The notes beneath the pieces were generated by a model. The model did not search any database, was not told where the DNA came from, and saw nothing but the letters and a program-made list of their open reading frames with translations. This document shows, piece by piece, positions 58,446 through 64,000 of a stretch of 64,000 nt of DNA. The first letter of the stretch is position 1. Every line of letters begins with the position of its first letter. The position numbers and the translations under genes are program-made. This stretch comes from Candidatus Eiseniibacteriota bacterium (GTDB lineage Bacteria; Eisenbacteria; RBG-16-71-46). The stretch spans positions 256,001 through 320,000 of the forward strand of contig JBGAML010000002.1 in NCBI GenBank assembly GCA_044223005.1, written 5' to 3'.

Positions 58446-60794
58446 ATGACGCTCGAGGATGCGGCCACGCGCCACCTGCACGAGGGACTCTGGGGCTGGG
58501 ATCCGACGCCCGGAATCGTCGCCGTGTGGGCCGAAGCGGGCGGGCGTGCGACCGTGTGGCGGCGGCTGCCGGATTCGGGCGAACTGGTGCGCGAGGAGGA
58601 GCGTTTCCGGCCGTGGGCGCTGCTCGACCGGCTGGACGACCTGCAGCACCTGGGCGAAGCGCTCGCGCCCGAGGGCGACCGGCGCGCCGCGGTGACGTGG
58701 CGCGAACTCGACGGCCCGGGCCAGCTGCGCTTTCGCGTGAGCGCCGACGACGGTCGCATGCTGACGCGCACGATCCTGCGCGGCGCCTCGGCGCGGCTGG
58801 GCCGCGAGGTCGAGAGCCTGCGCGATCTCGGCAAGGAGCACGTGCTCGCGCTGCCGCCCGAGGAGCAGTACCTCGTCGCCACCGGGCGCACGTACTTCCG
58901 CGACCTCGCGTACGACCAGCTCCACCGGCTGCAGTTCGACCTCGAGACGACCGGGCTCTTCGCCGACCGCTCGCGCATCTTCATGGTGGCGATCCGGCAT
59001 CCGGACGGCCGCGAGGAGGTGCTCGACACGCCGCACACCGACGATGCGTCGGAGGCCGACCTGATCCGGCGGCTGGTCGCGCGCATCACCGCGAGCGACC
59101 CGGACGTGATCGAGAACCACAACCTGTTCGGCTTCGACCTGCCGTTCCTGGCCGAGCGCGCGCGCCGCCTGGGGGTTCCGCTGCCGCTCGGGCGGATCCC
59201 GTCGCTGGGCCTGCGATCGCGGCCGACGCGGCGCGACGCGGAGCGCATCGTGATTCCGGGGCGCGAGTGCATCGACACACTGGACGCGGTGCGCCGGTAC
59301 GACTTCGCGATCCGCGAGCTGCCGGGCCATGGGCTGAAGGCCGTGGCGAAGCACTTCGGGATCTCCGGCCCCGAGCGCGTGCTGATCCGCGGCGATCTCA
59401 TCCACGCGACCTTCCGCACCGACCCCGAGCGCGTGCGCCGTTACGCGACCGCCGACGTGGTCGAGGTGGCGGCGCTGGCGCGGCTGCTGGGCGGCGCGGC
59501 GTTCGCTCTGGCGCAGATCGCGCCGCGGCGCTACGAGAAGCTGGCCGACGCGGGCGCCGCGACGGGCGTGATCGATCCGCTGCTCGTGCGCGCCTACCTG
59601 CGCGCCGGCCATGCGGTGCCCGCGCACGCGCCGAGCGACGGCACGACGCACACGGGCGCGGCGCTGCACCTGTTCGCGACCGGCGTCGCGACGCGCGTGG
59701 TCAAGGCGGACGTCGCGAGCCTCTATCCGTCGCTCATGCGCGCGTTCCGGATCGGCCCCAAGCGCGATCACCTGGGCGCGCTGCTCGCGCTGGTGGACGG
59801 GCTCGTCGAGCGCCGGCTCGCCGCCAAGGCGGCGGCGAAGATCGCGCCGCCGGGCTCGGCCGAGCGGTTCATGCACGAGGCGATGTCGGCGGCGATGAAG
59901 CTGGTGGTGAACACCGCCTACGGCTACCTCGCCGCGGGCGGGGAGCTGACGCGTTTCGCCGACGTGCACGCCGCCAACGAGGTGACGCGCCGCGGCCGCG
60001 AGACGCTGGGCATGATCTGCCGCGAGCTGGCCGCGCGCGGCGTGACACGGCTGGAGGCCGACACGGACGGCGTCTACTTCGCGGTGCCGCCGGAATGGAC
60101 CGAGGCCGACGAGCGCCGCGTCGTCGCCGAGGTCGCGGCGCTGCTGCCGAAGCTCGTGCAGCTCGAGTTCGAGGGCCGCTACGCCGCGATGCTCTCGCAC
60201 GAGCCCAAGAACTACGCGCTGCTGGGCTACGACGGCAAGCTCACGCTGCGGGGCGTCGCGTTCCGCTCGAGCCGCGCCGAACCGTTCGGCGAGGCGTTCC
60301 TGCGCCGTGCGGTCGGCTGCCTGCTCGCGGGCGACGTGGCCGGCGTGCGCGAGGCGTACGTGCACACGCTCGACGCGCTGGCGGCCCGCGCGTACGCCAC
60401 GCACGACGTGTCGGCGCGCGTGCGGCTGACCAAGAACGCCGCGCAGTACGCCGCGACACGGGGCTCACGCCGCGAGCTGCCGTACGAAGCCATGCTCGCC
60501 GCCGGCCGGCGCGAGTGGCGCCGCGGCGAGCGCGTGCGCGTCTACCGCACGCACGGCGGGGGAGCCGGCTGGGTGCGCGAGCGGCCCACCGCCGACGACC
60601 CGCGTGACTACGACGCCGCCCACTACCGGCGCGTGCTGCGGAAGAACTTCGTCGCCCGCCTCGCCCGCGCGTTCACCCCCGAGGACTTCGCCGCACTCTT
60701 CGAAGACCCCACGCAGGGCACGCTCTTCGGCGTCGACAGCACCACGGTGCGCCCAATCCTGCGCGAGGTGGAGGGCGGGGAGTCGCCGGGGTGA
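58446..60794 (+). CDS. polB: Family B DNA polymerase with 3'-5' exonuclease
   Basis: ExoI FDLETT, ExoII HNLFGFDLPFL, ExoIII YATAD; Pol motifs DVASLYPS, K..VNT.YG, ADTDG, KNY. Confidence 0.9.
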   Translation: MTLEDAATRHLHEGLWGWDPTPGIVAVWAEAGGRATVWRRLPDSGELVREEERFRPWALLDRLDDLQHLGEALAPEGDRRAAVTWRELDGPGQLRFRVSADDGRMLTRTILRGASARLGREVESLRDLGKEHVLALPPEEQYLVATGRTYFRDLAYDQLHRLQFDLETTGLFADRSRIFMVAIRHPDGREEVLDTPHTDDASEADLIRRLVARITASDPDVIENHNLFGFDLPFLAERARRLGVPLPLGRIPSLGLRSRPTRRDAERIVIPGRECIDTLDAVRRYDFAIRELPGHGLKAVAKHFGISGPERVLIRGDLIHATFRTDPERVRRYATADVVEVAALARLLGGAAFALAQIAPRRYEKLADAGAATGVIDPLLVRAYLRAGHAVPAHAPSDGTTHTGAALHLFATGVATRVVKADVASLYPSLMRAFRIGPKRDHLGALLALVDGLVERRLAAKAAAKIAPPGSAERFMHEAMSAAMKLVVNTAYGYLAAGGELTRFADVHAANEVTRRGRETLGMICRELAARGVTRLEADTDGVYFAVPPEWTEADERRVVAEVAALLPKLVQLEFEGRYAAMLSHEPKNYALLGYDGKLTLRGVAFRSSRAEPFGEAFLRRAVGCLLAGDVAGVREAYVHTLDALAARAYATHDVSARVRLTKNAAQYAATRGSRRELPYEAMLAAGRREWRRGERVRVYRTHGGGAGWVRERPTADDPRDYDAAHYRRVLRKNFVARLARAFTPEDFAALFEDPTQGTLFGVDSTTVRPILREVEGGESPG

Positions 60795-60858
60795 GGTGGC
60801 AGGAGTAGGCTCGCGACGCGCGTCTCATCTCTTGCCGTCCCCCGGTCAGGAGTCGGTC

Positions 60859-61842
60859 TTGCGAATCGCAGTGTTGGGGCTCATCGGTTTCGCCCTCAGT
60901 TTTGGGGTCGTCGTGCAATCGGCCGGCGCAGCAGCGCAGCCGGACTCGGTCGTGTCGTACTTCTCGCGGAGTGCAGATGGCTCGCGCGACGAATGGCGTA
61001 TCTGGGACTCGCGCACGCGGAGGGACGCGCTCTTCCTATCGACGACGGCCGAGGCGGGATTCGAAGGCGTGCGCTGGGACAAGACCTTCGATCACGCCTG
61101 GTTCTCCAGGGGCGACTCGATCTTCGTCGTTCCATGGCGGATCGGCGCCAGGCCGCACGCCGCGGCAAGCCTGCCTTCAGGCAGTCCCATCTGGTGGTTC
61201 AACGCCGACCTGCGTCGCTGGCAGTGCGTTCGATACCTGCTGTTGGACAGTCGGCGCGGTCCAGTCGATTCGCGCGTCGCGGCCGAACTCCTGGACTCGG
61301 ACTCGACGGGATCGAGTTGGCGCATGGTTCGTCGAGACACCATCAGCCGCGACGAATACGACTCCGAGTTCGACGTGTCGGATTGGCCGGAAGCTCGCGG
61401 AGGGGTACGCACGAACCACACGCGCTCTCCGGAGGATTTGAGAGGGGAGCCCGCCGCCGTCGAGGGTGGCGACGTGTTCGACACAGCTCAGGTGGTGCTC
61501 ATCCACGATAGAGCTCTTTCGGACGAAGCGCGCGCGCGCCTCTCGTGGTTCGTGAGCTTTCTCACAACTCCCGTCCGCGGCATCAGCTATTCTTCCTTCG
61601 AGGCAGGGGCTCCGGAGGAGGACTTCCTCACCGGGCCCATTTGTTACGTCGACCTCGAGCACAGAGTGAGGCGCTGCCTGACCGAGGCCCCCGCGCGAGG
61701 GTTCCTGTTCAGCCAGTACCGGAACTTCATCCTGCTGCCAACGATTCCCGCCCCGGTGATCCTGGACGACACAGGGAGGATGCTCCTGCAGATGTCGGAA
61801 TATGCCAGCGACGCCGTCTGGGTCCCGCGACCGCGGCGCTGA
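60859..61842 (+). CDS. Hypothetical exported protein, lower GC than neighbours
   Basis: TTG start after CAGGAG (inferred); signal peptide MRIAVLGLIGFALSFG...AGA; no recognised domain. Confidence 0.55.
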   Translation: MRIAVLGLIGFALSFGVVVQSAGAAAQPDSVVSYFSRSADGSRDEWRIWDSRTRRDALFLSTTAEAGFEGVRWDKTFDHAWFSRGDSIFVVPWRIGARPHAAASLPSGSPIWWFNADLRRWQCVRYLLLDSRRGPVDSRVAAELLDSDSTGSSWRMVRRDTISRDEYDSEFDVSDWPEARGGVRTNHTRSPEDLRGEPAAVEGGDVFDTAQVVLIHDRALSDEARARLSWFVSFLTTPVRGISYSSFEAGAPEEDFLTGPICYVDLEHRVRRCLTEAPARGFLFSQYRNFILLPTIPAPVILDDTGRMLLQMSEYASDAVWVPRPRR

Positions 61843-61881
61843 GATGTCGCCCCGCGTCCCGCGCGCTGCTACGCTCCACCC

Positions 61882-62397
61882 ATGAAGCCCGAACCGCATC
61901 CGCCGACGCCCACGGGGCCGATCGCGCTGAAGCCGATCGGCGTCGTGCGCTCGGAGTTCGTGTCGCCGGTGGGCACCCCGATCCAGCCCGCGTTCGGCCG
62001 CGAAGCGACGGGACAAATCGTGATCGAGCCCGAGTACGAAGCGGCGCTCGACGACATCGAGGGCTACGACCGGCTCTGGGTCATCTTCTGGATGACGGGC
62101 GTGCGCGGGTGGAAGCCGCGCGTCGTGCCCTACCACGACACGCGTGAGCACGGCCTCTTCGCCACGCGTTCGCCGGCGCGGCCCAACCCGATCGGCATCT
62201 CACCGGTGCGGCTCGTGCGCCGCGAAGGCCGTGTGCTGCACATCGCCGAACTCGACATCCTGGACGGCACGCCGGTGCTGGACCTGAAGCCCTACGTGCC
62301 GGAGTTCGACGCGCACCCGGATGCCCGCTCGGGCTGGTTCGGCGAGGCACGCGGCGGCCGCGGCACCGCGGACGAGCGCTTCCACGAGGAGAAGTAA
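61882..62397 (+). CDS. trmO: tRNA (t6A37)-N6-methyltransferase TrmO/TsaA family
   Basis: LKPIGVVRS, GLFATRSPARPNPIG.S, LDILDGTPVLDLKPY. Confidence 0.9.
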   Translation: MKPEPHPPTPTGPIALKPIGVVRSEFVSPVGTPIQPAFGREATGQIVIEPEYEAALDDIEGYDRLWVIFWMTGVRGWKPRVVPYHDTREHGLFATRSPARPNPIGISPVRLVRREGRVLHIAELDILDGTPVLDLKPYVPEFDAHPDARSGWFGEARGGRGTADERFHEEK

Positions 62398-62545
62398 CGC
62401 CCCTGCCGCGCGGCGGGCGCATTCCGCTCTTGCCTCGGGCGCCCTCGACTCGGCAGCATGTTCGCCCCGGCGGCAGCGCTCGCGCGTCCCGCCGGGACGA
62501 GCCGCACCCGACGCCGTCCGTCCCACCTCCGCGGGAGCCCTGCGA

Positions 62546-63781
62546 GTGAACGCCCTCGATCCCCGTCGCACGATCGCCGAACTGAAGGAACTCCGCAGCT
62601 TTTCCGCCGACGAGAACGGCGCGCAGCGCATCGCGTTCACGCCCATGTGGTCCAAGGTGCGCGAGTGGCTCAAGTCCAAGCTGGCGACGCTGCCGGTCGA
62701 GACGCACGTGGACGCGGCGGGCAACCTCTGGAGCACGTTGAAGGGCCGCTCCGAAAAGTGCGTGCTGATCGGCGGCCACATGGACTCGGTCCCCAATGGT
62801 GGCTGGCTGGACGGCTGCCTGAACGTGCTCGCGGGGCTCGAGGTGCTGCGCCGCATCGATGCCGAGTACGACCACGTGCCGCCCGTCACGGTGCGGCTCG
62901 TCGACTGGGCCGACGAAGAGGGCGCGCGTTTCGGCAAGAGCCTGTTCGGCTCGTCGGCGTGCTCGGGCAACCTCGACGTCGCCGAGGCGCGCGGCCTCGT
63001 GGATCGCGACGGCATCCGGCTGCCGGATGCGCTCAAGAACGTCGGCATCGACTTCGAGAAGGTGACCGAGAGCGGCCGCGAACTGAAGAACGCCGTCGCC
63101 TACCTCGAGCTGCACATCGAGCAGGGGCCGGTGCTGCTCGACCTGGACCTGCCGCTCGGCGTGGTGCTCGGCACCTACGGCGTCGAGCGTCACGCGATCA
63201 CGTTCCACGGCCAGGCGGCGCACTCGGGCAGCACGCCCATGAACCGCCGCCGCGACGCGTTCCTCGCCGCGGCCAGGATGTCACCCGAGATCTACGCGAT
63301 CGCCGGCCGCCAGGGTGGCGTGGGCACGATCGGCTCGTGCACGACCAAGCCCGGCATCGTGACGAGCGTGGTCGAGGAGTGCCGCATCACGCTCGACCAG
63401 CGCCACCTCGACGCCGCCGCGCTCGCGCGCGCGCTCGCCGAGGCGCGGGCCGCGAGCGAGCGGTTCGCGAAGGAGGGCAACGTCGAGGTGGCGTGGAACC
63501 GGCTCTGGAGCATCGAGCCGGTGCTGTTCGATCCGCAGCTGCTCGGCTTCTGCGAGCAGGCGATCGCCGAGACGTGCGGCGAGGTCCACAAGCTGCCCTC
63601 GGGCCCGCTGCACGACGCAGCCGAGGTGGCTCGCGCGGGAGTGCCGACGGTGATGATGTTCGTGCAGAGCCTGCACGGCATCAGCCACAACAAGATCGAG
63701 GACACGAAGGAAGAGCACCTGGAGCTCTGCGTGCGCGCCTTCGACCGCCTCGCCGAGAAGACGATCCGCGCCCACGCCTGA
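62546..63781 (+). CDS. M20-family Zn amidohydrolase (N-carbamoylase / allantoate amidohydrolase-like)
   Basis: GTG start; DAAGN, GGHMDSVPNGG.LDG, DEEGARF, ELHIEQGP, HSGSTPM, SGPLHDA, GISHN..E. Confidence 0.9.
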   Translation: MNALDPRRTIAELKELRSFSADENGAQRIAFTPMWSKVREWLKSKLATLPVETHVDAAGNLWSTLKGRSEKCVLIGGHMDSVPNGGWLDGCLNVLAGLEVLRRIDAEYDHVPPVTVRLVDWADEEGARFGKSLFGSSACSGNLDVAEARGLVDRDGIRLPDALKNVGIDFEKVTESGRELKNAVAYLELHIEQGPVLLDLDLPLGVVLGTYGVERHAITFHGQAAHSGSTPMNRRRDAFLAAARMSPEIYAIAGRQGGVGTIGSCTTKPGIVTSVVEECRITLDQRHLDAAALARALAEARAASERFAKEGNVEVAWNRLWSIEPVLFDPQLLGFCEQAIAETCGEVHKLPSGPLHDAAEVARAGVPTVMMFVQSLHGISHNKIEDTKEEHLELCVRAFDRLAEKTIRAHA

Positions 63782-63810
63782 CCGGCGCCGGCGCGCCCTC
63801 GACGCAACGT

Positions 63811-63834
63811 CCGCCCGGCCTCGCGGCCGGGCGG
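63811..63834. terminator. Hairpin between convergent genes
   Basis: 10-bp stem CCGCCCGGCC / GGCCGGGCGG with a TCGC loop. Confidence 0.5.
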
Positions 63835-63857
63835 GTGTTCGTGCGTTCGGAGCGGCG

Positions 63858-64000
63858 TCAGTGCGCGGGCGCGTTCTTCGGCGGCAGCGAGTAGCAGTAG
63901 GCCGGATACCCCGGCACCGCGTCGCGCACGCGCCGGTAGATCGTGGCGCCGCGCTGTTGCGTCTGCTGGAAGTGCGTCACGATCTCGAAGCCATTGAGCT
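63858..64000 (-). CDS. 3' end of an unidentified gene entering from the right edge
   Basis: Open frame with GC-ending codons (...LNGFEIVTHFQQTQQRGATIYRR...PPKNAPAH*) ending at the hairpin. Confidence 0.45.
   Translation of the reverse strand, partial: LNGFEIVTHFQQTQQRGATIYRRVRDAVPGYPAYCYSLPPKNAPAH

Overview
A 64 kb stretch of a very GC-rich bacterial chromosome, with no rRNA, tRNA or CRISPR array visible. It is dominated by secreted proteins. At least 11 of them end in the same roughly 80-95 aa PNP...D..GR.V...G.Y..R sorting-type domain (T9SS type-A CTD / FlgD-Ig-like), which suggests an FCB-related lineage such as Ca. Eisenbacteria (inference only). The window contains two convergent DUF5650-like repeat proteins, two outer-membrane beta-barrels, a Tat-signal Mn/Fe SOD, two paralogous beta-propeller/Ig proteins, and several secreted hydrolases (phosphoesterase, endonuclease I, PHP-like, PLC/P1-like) plus an expansin. 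It also has two ECF sigma/Ser-Thr kinase modules, a sulfide/O2/NO cluster (DUF3365 cytochrome, SQR, cydAB, FIST plus hybrid kinase), a low-GC NACHT gene beside a probable IS3 remnant, a family-B DNA polymerase, trmO and an M20 amidohydrolase. The two best candidates for undescribed systems are: (1) an ECF sigma + membrane kinase-DUF4384 + exported TPR-CHAT protease module, in which the protease and the kinase ectodomain share an identical LRGVGGVA peptide; (2) an operon of four translationally coupled fibre-like paralogues lacking the CTD, followed by a small CTD-bearing putative adaptor. Family names are from motif recognition, not database searches.
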